From IMG/VR virus record IMGVR_UViG_3300043451_000039, positions 1-64,000 of that record: DNA of 64,000 nt; one strand, given 5' to 3'. Shown one piece after another: positions 34,716 to 45,086 of this stretch. The stretch comes from a virus. Taxonomy: Duplodnaviria; Heunggongvirae; Uroviricota; Caudoviricetes. Both the position numbers and the translations under genes were made by a program. Numbering within the stretch: position 1 is the first letter of the stretch; every line of letters starts with the position of its first letter. The notes beneath the pieces are model-generated. The model was given only the letters and a program-made list of their open reading frames with translations. It ran no database searches and was not told where the DNA came from.

Positions 34716-35999
34716 TTACATCAAGTTAGCAACTTTAACACGACGGTAGTAGTAGTTTTCGTTAGCAGTCAAGCCACCTGAACCATCCAATGAAACGAAT
34801 GGGTTAGCAACCATGCCATAACGAGTCTTGAAGCCAATCTTTGGTTGGAAGCTGTTTGGATCAACAGCACGAACCATTTGTAGAGGCACGTATGGGCAGT
34901 AGAACAAGCCAGCGTCAAAAGCAGAAGCGCCTTTGTAGCCAACAACGAAGAACTGAGTAGCAGATACGTTAGAAGTATATGGGTCAACATACACTTTGTA
35001 CTTGCCGTTTAGAACACCAGCGAAAGTAGTGCTTGTATCATCAACAGTTAGGTTGTTCTTACCAGACAAGCCAGAAGAATAATCCAACACGCCAGCCATT
35101 GCTAGAGCAGAAGCAACGTCAGCTGAAGTGATGATAAAGTTACCACGACCACGACGAGTTTGTTGACCGATAGCGTTTGCTTCACGTTCGATTTGGAACA
35201 TCAAGCCTTTGAACTTCTCAACAGACCAACGACCATTAGAGTCAGTGTCTAGGTCGAAAGTACCAGCAGTAGTAGTACCAACTTGAGCACCTGCCTTAGC
35301 AGTAGTGTAAACAGTACGAACAACTTCACGGTTGATTTCAGCAAGGATCTCAGTAGAGAGAATGTTGCTCAATTCGCCTTCAGCGTCAAGACCATGAACA
35401 GCCTTCAAGTCTTGAGCCAATTCAACAGAGTATTCTGCCTTCAAAGCACGAGTCTTTGCAGTAACAGAAGTCTTCTCGATGCTGAATGCCATTTGACCGA
35501 AAGAACCATCACCTTGACCACCTTGGCCAAGACGTTCAGCTGCAGAAGTAGCCAAACCAGAACCAGTAGTTTCAGAACCACCGAAGTCAAAAGTACCAGA
35601 GTGAGTACCAGTACCAGCGAAGTCTGTGTCAGCTTCGTTGAACAATGCTTCAGTACCACCTTGAGTAGAGTAGCGTGACTTCATTGCGAAGATCAAGCCA
35701 GTAGGTTGAGTCATTGGTTGAACGCCAGCGATATCGTAAGCGATCAATTGTGGCATAGCACGACGAACCAAGCTGATCAACACTGGATCAAACTTAGCAA
35801 CACCGCCTGTGTCTGGGTATGAACCAACGCTGTTAGTAGGAGCAGCTTCGAACAATGCTTCAGCTTGCTTGCCCATTTCGCGTTCTTGGTTCTCTAGAAG
35901 AACAGCAGTAACTTCCTTACGGTAGTTATCTTGAATTGGAGCAGAACCCTCGTGATTGAGGATTGGTGCCCATTTTTCCATTAATTGTTTGCGATCCAT
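34716..35999 (-). CDS. 23: Major capsid protein gp23
   Basis: VRRAMPQLIAYDIAGVQPMTQPTGLIFAMKSRY aligns with T4 gp23 VRRAIPNLIAFDICGVQPMNSPTGQVFALRAVY. C-terminal GFKTRYGMVANPF matches GFKTRYGIGINPF. Confidence 0.9.
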   Translation of the reverse strand: MDRKQLMEKWAPILNHEGSAPIQDNYRKEVTAVLLENQEREMGKQAEALFEAAPTNSVGSYPDTGGVAKFDPVLISLVRRAMPQLIAYDIAGVQPMTQPTGLIFAMKSRYSTQGGTEALFNEADTDFAGTGTHSGTFDFGGSETTGSGLATSAAERLGQGGQGDGSFGQMAFSIEKTSVTAKTRALKAEYSVELAQDLKAVHGLDAEGELSNILSTEILAEINREVVRTVYTTAKAGAQVGTTTAGTFDLDTDSNGRWSVEKFKGLMFQIEREANAIGQQTRRGRGNFIITSADVASALAMAGVLDYSSGLSGKNNLTVDDTSTTFAGVLNGKYKVYVDPYTSNVSATQFFVVGYKGASAFDAGLFYCPYVPLQMVRAVDPNSFQPKIGFKTRYGMVANPFVSLDGSGGLTANENYYYRRVKVANLM

Positions 36000-36023
36000 T
36001 TGGATTTTTCCTTTTTTAAATTT

Positions 36024-37046
36024 TTATTTGTTGAGAACTGATAGATATGCTGACATTTTTGGGTCAACATTCTTAGTCACAGCTTCAGTAATAACTTCAA
36101 CTGGAGTGTCAGTAACAACAGATTGTACACCTGATGTAGTAGTCTTAGTGAAATAAGATTCACGGATAGTCTTAATCTTAGTCTCGAAAGATTCAGAACC
36201 TTCGAAAGCAACTTCTTCAACTAGGCTAGTGAACTTTTCAGATTCAGTAGCAGTCAAACCTTCGCTAACAGTCTTAATGATTTCGTTACGCTTTGCTTCG
36301 TTAACAGTTTTTGTCAACTCAACATTAGCAGCAACTTGCTCATTAATCTTAGATTCTAGTTCAGCAATTGTTTCTTCCATTTCGCCAAGTAGGTCATACT
36401 TTTCTTCTGGAATATCAATATAGTGTTCTTCGAATAGACCTTTCAATCCACCGACGAAACCTTCAAGAATATCAGACTTAATACCACGCTCAAGGGCAAT
36501 TTCATTCTGTTCCATCCACTGCTCAGCAATATAGCCGAGATATCCATCAACTTGTTCAACAATACCCTCAATTTGTTCAGCAACAGTAGTAGCTACTTTT
36601 GCTTCAAACTCTTCTTCTAAACGAGCAACTTCAGCAGTTACACGTGACATAACAGCTGCTTCAAAAATAGTAGCTGCTTTTGTTTTGAATTCTTCAGATA
36701 GATCATCAGTGCCAAACATAGCATCTAGATCTTCTTTCATGCCTTTAACAGCATTACCCTTACGAACTGGAGACTGGTCACCATTGTGTGGGTTCATAGA
36801 ACCGCTTGGTGCTTGCTCAGCTTCTTTTTCTTTGTCCACATTATTGCGGGCATTGTCTGGGTTTGGTGTTTCGCCACCATTTGGAACTGCGTTACCTTGG
36901 CGAATAACAGCTTGGTCACCAGCAGCTGCTCCGTCTTTACCAGAGTCTTGGCCACCTTCTTTACCAGCAAATTTTGCTTCATTAACTTCTGCTTGCTTTG
37001 CTTTAGACTCTGCTAAAATTTCAGCGATTTTTTGTTCGATTGACAT
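36024..37046 (-). CDS. 22: Prohead core scaffold protein gp22
   Basis: 340 aa, highly acidic, coiled-coil-rich. Sits between gp21 and gp23 as in T4. Confidence 0.75.
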   Translation of the reverse strand: MSIEQKIAEILAESKAKQAEVNEAKFAGKEGGQDSGKDGAAAGDQAVIRQGNAVPNGGETPNPDNARNNVDKEKEAEQAPSGSMNPHNGDQSPVRKGNAVKGMKEDLDAMFGTDDLSEEFKTKAATIFEAAVMSRVTAEVARLEEEFEAKVATTVAEQIEGIVEQVDGYLGYIAEQWMEQNEIALERGIKSDILEGFVGGLKGLFEEHYIDIPEEKYDLLGEMEETIAELESKINEQVAANVELTKTVNEAKRNEIIKTVSEGLTATESEKFTSLVEEVAFEGSESFETKIKTIRESYFTKTTTSGVQSVVTDTPVEVITEAVTKNVDPKMSAYLSVLNK

Positions 37047-37077
37047 CGTTTTCTCCTAACTGGATAGTTCTATGATT

Positions 37078-37085
37078 TATTTATA
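37078..37085 (-). promoter_or_regulatory. T4-type late promoter TATAAATA (gp55-dependent) upstream of gene 22
   Basis: Plus strand tatttata at 37078-37085 is TATAAATA on the minus strand, about 32 nt upstream of the gp22 ATG. Confidence 0.45.
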
Positions 37086-37087
37086 TT

Positions 37088-37741
37088 TTATCTGATTTTA
37101 CTCAGAAAGTGTTGGAAAGCCTGAATCTTTGCTTCCTCTAGATTTCTAGAAGAAGTTTTCTTAATGAAAGATTTTACCTCTTCAATATTTTGTTCCACAA
37201 ACTTTCCATCAACAAATATCCATTCCTTACCTTCCATAATGCCACGTACGTAAGCATCAGGAGCCGAAGGATCAGCAACGATATCAGCTGCGGTTGACAG
37301 CATGAAATCGTCTTGAACAACATTGATACCCTCATTATTCATTTTGAGAGATCCCATTGCTCTTGAAGAAACACCAAGGTTAGCGCCACCATCTAAAAGA
37401 CCACGAGCGATTTGTCCCATTGGGGTTTCTAAAATTTTTGCTTTACCAATATAGTTAGTGCCTTCTTTACGAAGATCAACGATCAAGTGGGACACTCGAT
37501 CAAGGTTAATTCCTGGACCATCTGGATGTCCAAGTTCACCATAAGCACGATTATTGGCAACAGCCTCTTTCATGTAGCGTGAAACTTCACGGTCCATAAT
37601 ACCTTCTTTGTACATGCGACCATTACGATTAACTAATTCTGATTGAAGGAAAACACCTTCGATAAAGTATTGTTTACCTTTACCTAGTTTTTCTTCAACA
37701 ATAAGTCTTGTCTCTTCGACTGTTTCTCTAATAAGTTTCAT
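37088..37741 (-). CDS. 21: Prohead core protease gp21
   Basis: 217 aa. FIEGVFLQSELVNRNGRMYKEGIM...GELGHP aligns with T4 gp21 HIEGVFMQANKKNRNGRIYPEAIM...GELGHP. Confidence 0.85.
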   Translation of the reverse strand: MKLIRETVEETRLIVEEKLGKGKQYFIEGVFLQSELVNRNGRMYKEGIMDREVSRYMKEAVANNRAYGELGHPDGPGINLDRVSHLIVDLRKEGTNYIGKAKILETPMGQIARGLLDGGANLGVSSRAMGSLKMNNEGINVVQDDFMLSTAADIVADPSAPDAYVRGIMEGKEWIFVDGKFVEQNIEEVKSFIKKTSSRNLEEAKIQAFQHFLSKIR

Positions 37742-37743
37742 AG

Positions 37744-38205
37744 TTATACCTTATCTGGTGAGCCACTGGCAGTAGTAGAAGCGCCAACACGAGTAGGATC
37801 GTCATAAGCACCGTAAGTAGCATCTTCAACTTTAGTATCCCAACCTTGGATTTTACGTAAAGTAATATAACCTGTTACTGGCTTAGCAGCATCGTTAACA
37901 ACAACGATGTCAGCAGTGTTGTTAGTGCTATCGCTAATACCATATTGTGTTAGATCTAACACTGGAGCATTTTCTGGGGCGCAAGAAATAATATTCTTAC
38001 CGCTTCGTGTAATACGAGTACCAGCACCGTCAGCGCCAGTAGCGATAAAACGAACGATATTAACTTTTGGCGTATCACTGTTTCTTGCTTGAGTAGAAGC
38101 AGCTAAGTCAGCGATAGTGATTGTGCCAGATTCAGCAGCGACTGTGTCGAAGTGAATGATAGTTTCTTGGTTTGTATTACGAACTGTTGTAAATAGGACA
38201 GCCAT
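37744..38205 (-). CDS. Hypothetical beta-rich protein (153 aa) inserted between the gp68-like gene and gp21
   Basis: ORF in track. T4 has no gene at this position; possibly a prohead internal or decoration protein. Confidence 0.4.
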   Translation of the reverse strand: MAVLFTTVRNTNQETIIHFDTVAAESGTITIADLAASTQARNSDTPKVNIVRFIATGADGAGTRITRSGKNIISCAPENAPVLDLTQYGISDSTNNTADIVVVNDAAKPVTGYITLRKIQGWDTKVEDATYGAYDDPTRVGASTTASGSPDKV

Positions 38206-38207
38206 TT

Positions 38208-38891
38208 TTATTCCTCTATTTGTTCAAGCACATGAAAGAAGTTCTCTTTTGAATCTCTCATATACTCGATAATCTCTGTTTGATTACCTAATAACTTATT
38301 TAGGCGATCTTGCGTTTCTTCGTTAATCGCTACAATGCTTTCATCAGCAAGCACATAATGCAGCTTACCTTCAACGATACGATCTAATTTATTTAAAGAG
38401 CGAATTTTTTGAACGACTGGATCTACGCTAAAAATGTTTGAAGAAGCAAGTTCTAAGTATGACTCTATTAATGTATCAGTAACTTTAATATTGTGATGTT
38501 CTTTGATAATGCTAGCAACTGTATTTTCCGAAATTTCTTGATATGTATCTTTTGCTACTTTTTCTGCTAGCTGATGTGTATCGTAATCTTCTTTAATATG
38601 TTTTCTTGCTTCTTCAATAGTTTTAAACTTAGTTGTTAAACCATTAATTAAAACTTCTCCTGAGTCAGCCTGTTCGATTAACTGACCATACGATCTAACA
38701 CTTTCAACAATGTTAGATTTTCTAAGAGAAGATTTAAATTCGTAATAACGCATATTAACAAGCTGCTTTAGATTTTTTCTTTTTATCTTTGCTAGAAACA
38801 TCACCAGCGCCAGCGCCACCACCATCAGGTTGCTCAGGATCCCATGCTTCTTCAACAACTGCTTCTGGTGTCTTAAACATGTTCTGAGCAA
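38208..38891 (-). CDS. Prohead core protein gp68-like; the real start is probably Met47 at 38753, avoiding overlap with the gp67-like gene
   Basis: Position between gp67-like and gp21 as in T4. The long form overlaps the upstream gene by 137 nt. Confidence 0.45.
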   Translation of the reverse strand: MLRTCLRHQKQLLKKHGILSNLMVVALALVMFLAKIKRKNLKQLVNMRYYEFKSSLRKSNIVESVRSYGQLIEQADSGEVLINGLTTKFKTIEEARKHIKEDYDTHQLAEKVAKDTYQEISENTVASIIKEHHNIKVTDTLIESYLELASSNIFSVDPVVQKIRSLNKLDRIVEGKLHYVLADESIVAINEETQDRLNKLLGNQTEIIEYMRDSKENFFHVLEQIEE

Positions 38892-39012
38892 CTGTAGTAC
38901 GCATATCTTCTAAGCGAGTAGAAATTTTATCTGCCATAACATCATTGAAAGAACTTTCAATTGCCATAGCATCTTTGCTCATAATAGCCTGTACTAAATC
39001 TAGTGTTGACAT
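38755..39012 (-). CDS. Prohead core protein gp67-like
   Basis: 85 aa with a helical N-terminus and a Gly/acidic/Lys-rich tail (GGGAGAGDVSSKDKKKKSKAAC). Lies downstream of the portal gene as in T4. Confidence 0.45.
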   Translation of the reverse strand: MSTLDLVQAIMSKDAMAIESSFNDVMADKISTRLEDMRTTVAQNMFKTPEAVVEEAWDPEQPDGGGAGAGDVSSKDKKKKSKAAC

Positions 39013-39021
39013 AATATCTCC

Positions 39022-40614
39022 TTATTGGTTATTCGGTTGTGGCGCATCAGCGATAGGGGCTTCAAGTGCTTGTGGCGCATTTGCTTGAAGGAAGTTCTGT
39101 TGCGCAGCTTGAGTAGCTGCAGCCATTTCGCCAGTTCGTTCGGCATTAGACATATGGTATTCTTCTTCACCATCCATCTGTTCTTGCATCTCTTCAATTT
39201 CATCTTCAGATAATTGTAGCACATTTCTACGCACCCAATCCATAGAATAGAAACGACCGAGATAAGGTTCAATTTGTTGTAACAATGCGATACGGTTACC
39301 AAGAACTTCAGCATTCATTAACTCAGCGTAATGATTATCCTGAACAAAGTTGTAACGGATATCTTGTTTAATCTCGTCCCATTCTTCAGGGCGCATAATA
39401 TTAGCAGCGACTAATTGTACACGCAATGCTTCTGTGAATATAGTAGCAAACTTGTTACGTAAACGAATAATAAATTTATGGAACTTAACTTCATCGCGAC
39501 TAATTTCTTGAGCACGACCTATGCTAAATCCTTGTTGTTCTTGAAGGCGACCAATAGGCACATTCAATGAACGATATAACTTCTGCTGGAAATATTCAAT
39601 ATCTTGGATCTCGCCTAAGTTTTGACCACCTGGAAGAGTAGTAATCTCAGTACCCTTACCACCTTCACGACGTGGCATCCAGAAGTCTTCCATCATTGAT
39701 AGATGGCGACGATCATCGCGAACTTCTCCAGTTGTTGCATCATAAACAATCTTATTACGGAACTTGTTCATAATGTCATTGACATATTGTTCCGCTTTGA
39801 TTTTAGGTAAGTTACCTACATCAACATAAAATATTCTGCGCTCAGGAGCACGACTAATACGATAGATGACTAAACTGTCTTCAATCATCTTTAGCTGGTT
39901 AGTTGGTTTGATTGCTTTATGTAGATATGACATCATCATACCAGTGTTAGCATCCATATAACCAGAAGGAACATAAACTACTGAATCAAGCGATAACTTA
40001 ACACCTTGAGTAGTCTGCTCAGTAATTCCTTTGTCATTGTAGAGGTAATATTCTTGAACCTCTTTAACAACTTCAACTCCCTGAGGAGTTCTTGACTTAA
40101 TTACGTTTTTGATTTTACGAATTTTACGTGGATCAATATAACGCAATTCTTGAATACCTGCTTTTAGATTTTTCTCATCTAAAAGGATATGATAGTACAA
40201 ACGACCATCAACATACCATGAGCGGAAGATATCATGTCCACGCTCACTGAATTTTAACAACTTTAGAATCTTGTTGAACTCAACACGAATCTTTTCTTTA
40301 ATTGTATCAGATAACTCAGTGTCATCTAAATTAATAGTAACTGTTTGGTCTTCTTCATCATAAACGATTGCTTCGCCAACGATATCTTCAATAGCACCAT
40401 CACAGTCACTATACGTAGCAACTTCACGGTAACGACGGATTAAATCATTTTCATTCTTGATGATACCATCAAGATCCATGACCATGCCGTAGTACCCACC
40501 AGCATTTACGCCAGTGTTTACTACGGTAGATCCGTCAGAAGGGCTTGGGCTGACAATACTGTCTAATGGCTTGTCGTCCTTCTTACGTAATATCTCGAAT
40601 CCAAATAATTGCAT
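39022..40614 (-). CDS. 20: Portal vertex protein gp20
   Basis: 530 aa. The region ...RRYREVATYSDCDGAIEDIVGEAIV parallels T4 gp20 ...[25 protein letters not shown]. Confidence 0.85.
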   Translation of the reverse strand: MQLFGFEILRKKDDKPLDSIVSPSPSDGSTVVNTGVNAGGYYGMVMDLDGIIKNENDLIRRYREVATYSDCDGAIEDIVGEAIVYDEEDQTVTINLDDTELSDTIKEKIRVEFNKILKLLKFSERGHDIFRSWYVDGRLYYHILLDEKNLKAGIQELRYIDPRKIRKIKNVIKSRTPQGVEVVKEVQEYYLYNDKGITEQTTQGVKLSLDSVVYVPSGYMDANTGMMMSYLHKAIKPTNQLKMIEDSLVIYRISRAPERRIFYVDVGNLPKIKAEQYVNDIMNKFRNKIVYDATTGEVRDDRRHLSMMEDFWMPRREGGKGTEITTLPGGQNLGEIQDIEYFQQKLYRSLNVPIGRLQEQQGFSIGRAQEISRDEVKFHKFIIRLRNKFATIFTEALRVQLVAANIMRPEEWDEIKQDIRYNFVQDNHYAELMNAEVLGNRIALLQQIEPYLGRFYSMDWVRRNVLQLSEDEIEEMQEQMDGEEEYHMSNAERTGEMAAATQAAQQNFLQANAPQALEAPIADAPQPNNQ

Positions 40615-40638
40615 TATATAAGACCTTCAGTTTATTAA

Positions 40639-41226
40639 TTAAAGTGGGAACGAACCAACTGGAGTGTCAATAGAAACATTAACACCGAAGCCAGCAGCTG
40701 CACCAGTAGCAGAAGTGAAGAAGTTGTATTGGAACTCCACGTCAAACTGTTCAATAGCGTTTTGTTGCTCGTAATCTAAACCAATAGCAGAGATGCTAGT
40801 TGGGTAAGCATCAATGAAATTGTAAGTCTTAATAATTGCGCCAGCACGATCTAGTTGATGAACAGCTAGGTCTACTTGGTAGTCAGAAGGGTTAACACGA
40901 CCATCAGTAGTGTTATAGTTCTGGATACCAGATTGCCATTGCTCTAGTGCGTTACGGATACCGAAAGTAGTATCGTTGTAAATTGTCACAGTCCATGGTT
41001 GGAATGTACGCTCACCAGCAAAGTTAACAGGGCGACCACGATATAGAACACCAATGTTCTCGATAGTGGAAGCAGGTAACTGAGCAGCTTTACACAAGAA
41101 CTGTGCACGCTGACCAGCTACTTGACCCAATGTAACAAAACTTGGGAATGTAAGTTCAACACGGAATTGGTTTGGGCGAGCACCGCCACCCAACATCTGC
41201 GCTTTAAAATCAGCAATATTTGCCAT
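40639..41226 (-). CDS. 19: Tail tube protein gp19
   Basis: NQFRVELTF...AQFLCKAAQLPAS...GERTFQPWTVTIYND aligns with T4 gp19 NLFQVEISY...FQCKATALPAG...GDRTFDDWTVTVMND. Confidence 0.85.
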   Translation of the reverse strand: MANIADFKAQMLGGGARPNQFRVELTFPSFVTLGQVAGQRAQFLCKAAQLPASTIENIGVLYRGRPVNFAGERTFQPWTVTIYNDTTFGIRNALEQWQSGIQNYNTTDGRVNPSDYQVDLAVHQLDRAGAIIKTYNFIDAYPTSISAIGLDYEQQNAIEQFDVEFQYNFFTSATGAAAGFGVNVSIDTPVGSFPL

Positions 41227-41262
41227 TTAATTCTCCTTTGTTCTCTTTTATTTATTATCTAA

Positions 41263-43431
41263 TTATGCACCCAACTCAGTAAAGCTGATAGCAGAACGAG
41301 CAGCAACAAAGTTTAGAGTAATAAAGTTGATAGAACGATTTGGTTTGACGTAGATGTCAGCAACGAATTGGTTGCTATCGATAACTTCGCCAGTGTTGTT
41401 TGAGCCATCGCAAACAACTTTGAAGTCAGTAATACCACGACGACCTTGGACGTTACGTAGGAATGGTTCTACTAGGTTGCGGAACTGAGCCTGAGTGAAT
41501 GAATCATTGAATTCGAACAACTGGAACTTAGCAGCAGTAGCGATAGCCTTTTCCATAACGATGAACAAGCGACGTACGTTGATACGATCAAACGCACTTG
41601 GTTTTGCCAATAGAGTCTTGTCACCGTAAAGAACAGTACCTTCGCCTGGGAAAGTAACAACTGGGTTAACACCAGCAGCGTAAAGAGTATCACGCTCAGC
41701 TTTACCTGGATTAACAGCCAATTTAACCACGTTCTTAATTTGACCACGATTCAAACCACCTGGAGAGAACCAAGGATCGTTAGTGTTATCAGTACGAGCG
41801 CATAGACCAGCAACGTCGCCGTTCAATGGGATGAAACGATATTTGTCGTTGTAGCGATCGTATTGGTATTTGTAACCAGAGTCAAGAACTGCGTAAGAAG
41901 TGCTTGGCAATTCGTTACGGAAAGCAACGATTTGGTCAGTAGCAGCAGAACCAGAACCAACGATTGGCTCATTAGTGTTTACATTAACTGGAGAGATGAA
42001 TGCAACGCAATCTAAGCGAGATTCAACGATACCGATAACAGCATCAGCAACAGTAGAAGAAGCAGCGCCAACTGGTAGCAAGCTGATATCATACTGAGCA
42101 TCATCGCCAAATAAAGTCCAAGCAGTAATTACTTCACCATCAGTAGCAGTTAGTGCATCAACACCACCAGCCAATGAACGATCGATAACATCACCTAGCG
42201 AGTTAAATGTTCTTCCAGCAGCTTCGTTACCCCAGTTGCCGCCATCAGTAGGATGATCCATCCAGTAGATGTATTTAGAACCAGAGTTAATTACATTCTT
42301 GTAATAGTTGTTTGTGCCATTTGATTGACGAGCGTCAGATGCTTTAGAAGCATAAGCAAACTTTTCTAGAACAGTGCCTGGAGCACCAGTCCATAAACCA
42401 TCTTCGTCTACAACAACAATGTGTAATTCATCATTAGAAGCGCCAACGCTATCAGCGTATGTAGAAGTATCAGGGGCGCCATTGAAGTTAGCTGCATAAG
42501 CCCAATCAGCAAATGTATCAGCATCAGCCATAGAAACTTTTAGAGAGTTACCTAATGCGCCTGGATAACGAGCAGCGAATTCACCATACACACCAGCGCC
42601 ATTAGCATAAGATGCGATATATGAATCAGTGTTATTAATCTTTACGCCACCAGTAGTAATAGTAGAAGTAAAGTTTGCGCCAGTACCAGAACCACCATCA
42701 AAGCTGATAGATGGAGCGCCAGTGTAACCAGTACCATGGTTAGTAATAGTAATACTTGCGATTTGAGAAGCAGCAATAGTTACTGAACCAACAGTAGCGC
42801 CAGTACCACCACCAACTGCGTTAATAGTAGCAGTAGGAGCAGAAGTGTAACCAGAACCACCAGAAACAATAACGATACCAGTAACTTCACCACCAGAAAC
42901 AGTAACAGTACCAGTAGCACGTGTACCACCAGAAACTTGTGGTAAAGAGAAAGTTACAGTTGGAGAACTATAACCAGAACCACCAGCAGAAACAGTAGCA
43001 GCAGTAACTGCACCACCTGCTAGGACAGCAGTACCAGTAGCACGAATACCACCAGCAATTTGTGGAGCAGAGAAAGTTACTGTAGGAACAGAAGTGTAAC
43101 CAGAACCGCCTGATACTCTAGTAACAGAAGTAACAGTGCCAGTTTCAGTAGCAACAGCATTACGTGCGGCATCAACGTCAGCACGAGCAACTAATAGAGC
43201 ATTAGTATATGATAGGAAGTTTGCTGCAGTAAAGAAAGACTGGGCATTGCCATCAACTGGCTTACCGAAGATCGAAACTAATTCGTTCTCAGAAGTAACC
43301 TGAACAGGAGCCAAAACTGGACCCCATTGGAATGTACCTGCAAAAGCACCACGGCTAGTTGAAACCGCTGGAACGATCGCTGAAAAATCTTTTTCTACGA
43401 CTGCAACGCCTGGAGATAATTGGAAAGGCAT
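41263..43431 (-). CDS. 18: Tail sheath protein gp18 (with inserted GxGYxxxP repeat domain)
   Basis: 722 aa. Position between gp19 and gp17. Contains four copies of a motif of about 22 aa (SGGSGYTSVPTVTF...). Confidence 0.8.
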   Translation of the reverse strand: MPFQLSPGVAVVEKDFSAIVPAVSTSRGAFAGTFQWGPVLAPVQVTSENELVSIFGKPVDGNAQSFFTAANFLSYTNALLVARADVDAARNAVATETGTVTSVTRVSGGSGYTSVPTVTFSAPQIAGGIRATGTAVLAGGAVTAATVSAGGSGYSSPTVTFSLPQVSGGTRATGTVTVSGGEVTGIVIVSGGSGYTSAPTATINAVGGGTGATVGSVTIAASQIASITITNHGTGYTGAPSISFDGGSGTGANFTSTITTGGVKINNTDSYIASYANGAGVYGEFAARYPGALGNSLKVSMADADTFADWAYAANFNGAPDTSTYADSVGASNDELHIVVVDEDGLWTGAPGTVLEKFAYASKASDARQSNGTNNYYKNVINSGSKYIYWMDHPTDGGNWGNEAAGRTFNSLGDVIDRSLAGGVDALTATDGEVITAWTLFGDDAQYDISLLPVGAASSTVADAVIGIVESRLDCVAFISPVNVNTNEPIVGSGSAATDQIVAFRNELPSTSYAVLDSGYKYQYDRYNDKYRFIPLNGDVAGLCARTDNTNDPWFSPGGLNRGQIKNVVKLAVNPGKAERDTLYAAGVNPVVTFPGEGTVLYGDKTLLAKPSAFDRINVRRLFIVMEKAIATAAKFQLFEFNDSFTQAQFRNLVEPFLRNVQGRRGITDFKVVCDGSNNTGEVIDSNQFVADIYVKPNRSINFITLNFVAARSAISFTELGA

Positions 43432-43508
43432 TGTAATTCTCCTTGTTAATAAGTTTTACTTTAGACAGAAAATCATGTCTACATTTTATTTAGTTTTTAT
43501 GAGTTTTC

Positions 43509-45086
43509 TCAAAAATTCAATGGATCTTTATCGCCATTACCATCATCATAAAACCCAAACGGAGTCAATTCATCTTCAATCGCTTGAATCTGTTTTTCAT
43601 ACATAATTGTTCTCAGGTTTATGTTATTTAGGTCTTTAAAATACGGCTGGGTAGTTAACCATCCGAATAGCACTAAAGGCATTACCAAGTCATCATGATA
43701 ACCTTCATCAGCCTCATAAGACCCTTTCTTCTCGATAAATGTAGAGATTTCTGAGATCGTATCAGCATCAGTAATAATAAGTTTGTCTTCTTCGACTAAA
43801 GACTTAAAGTTATGACACCCAAGTCGTTTAATCTTCTTATCAGTGTTTACACCCAGCATGGTTTTACCCCCACCAAATCCACCACCAACATATTGCCCAT
43901 TAGTATGACGATTAACCATTAGGATATTTTCATACTCTAATTCATTGTACAGGATATGAGCGACCTGTTCACTTACGTTGATTTCTAGTAACACGTATGC
44001 TTCATTATATTCTTTACCAATCTTGTAGATAATGTTTGGATACAAGAGAGGACTAATATCATTTTTTCTATATTTTGCGACGATTCTATATGGCGCTGTT
44101 GTGATATCGATAACTTGGAATGCGGAATAATCCCCACCAACACCCTTCGCTACGTCAGCAACTAAACAATAAGTATGACCAGCTGATGGACGTTGGTAAA
44201 CATCAAGACCATCTTTCTCATAGATCTTAGGATCTATCGGCATCTTAGCGATAACATCAGCAGAGATAAGGGTTAAACTAGAACCCAAGAACTTACAAGC
44301 AACCTCTTGGTTATATTTAAGTTCACCAAGCATTGCTTTCTGTTCAGCAGCCCAAGCATCATCACGACCTGGGATTTCCCAATACGGAATAAACAATGGT
44401 GTAAAACCATTGCGTCCATTCTCAGCATCATTCCAGAATTTCCAGAAGTGATTATATCCAAGTGGAGTTGAACTCAAAAGAATCTTAGTTGTTTCACCAG
44501 CTGAAATAGTTGGATATACTGAAGTAAAGAATTCCTCAGCCACATTGTTAGGAATAATCGCAGCTTCGTCAACATATAATAAGTTAACAGACTTACCACG
44601 AATACCAGACTTACCAGTAGCAGCAGTAAAAACCTTTGAACCATTTTCTAGTTCAATGTCACCCTTGTTCCAAGTGGTAACACCTTGTTGCATCCACTGA
44701 GGTAATGCTTCATACATTGTTTGGTAGCGATCTAAAACCTCTCGGGCAGCAGTTGCTTTGTTGGCCAAAATCGCGACGTTCTTATTTGGTTGGAATAAAG
44801 TATACCATAAGATATATGCAGCAGAGGTAGTAGTCTTACCTTGCTGACGACCTTCCATCAGAATAACCCTACGATTATTATGAATCACATTTATTTTATT
44901 TACCTGACATGGGTATAAGTCAAACTTGATCAAACCATGATCAAGAGAAACGATATAGCAATAGTTCTTAATAAAATAGATGGGATCCTGAGCACATTTT
45001 ATGTACTCTTGAATGTTCTCTGGAGTAAAATCAACTTGTACCCCTGCAGCTTTTAAGTTCGAATTCGAATTATAAAAATCAGCCAA
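43509..45086 (-). CDS. 17: Terminase large subunit gp17
   Basis: IYFIKNYCYIVSLDHGLIKFDLYPCQ...MEGRQQGKTT...WNKGDIELENGS aligns with T4 gp17 [27 protein letters not shown]...SRQLGKTT...WNKGSIELDNGS. C-terminal nuclease motif HDDLVM also present. Confidence 0.9.
   Translation of the reverse strand: MADFYNSNSNLKAAGVQVDFTPENIQEYIKCAQDPIYFIKNYCYIVSLDHGLIKFDLYPCQVNKINVIHNNRRVILMEGRQQGKTTTSAAYILWYTLFQPNKNVAILANKATAAREVLDRYQTMYEALPQWMQQGVTTWNKGDIELENGSKVFTAATGKSGIRGKSVNLLYVDEAAIIPNNVAEEFFTSVYPTISAGETTKILLSSTPLGYNHFWKFWNDAENGRNGFTPLFIPYWEIPGRDDAWAAEQKAMLGELKYNQEVACKFLGSSLTLISADVIAKMPIDPKIYEKDGLDVYQRPSAGHTYCLVADVAKGVGGDYSAFQVIDITTAPYRIVAKYRKNDISPLLYPNIIYKIGKEYNEAYVLLEINVSEQVAHILYNELEYENILMVNRHTNGQYVGGGFGGGKTMLGVNTDKKIKRLGCHNFKSLVEEDKLIITDADTISEISTFIEKKGSYEADEGYHDDLVMPLVLFGWLTTQPYFKDLNNINLRTIMYEKQIQAIEDELTPFGFYDDGNGDKDPLNF

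Noticed and set aside
39000-39314. 104-aa minus-strand ORF overlapping the gp20 C-terminus
   Set aside because: It is nested in a different frame of the portal gene and has no conserved features.
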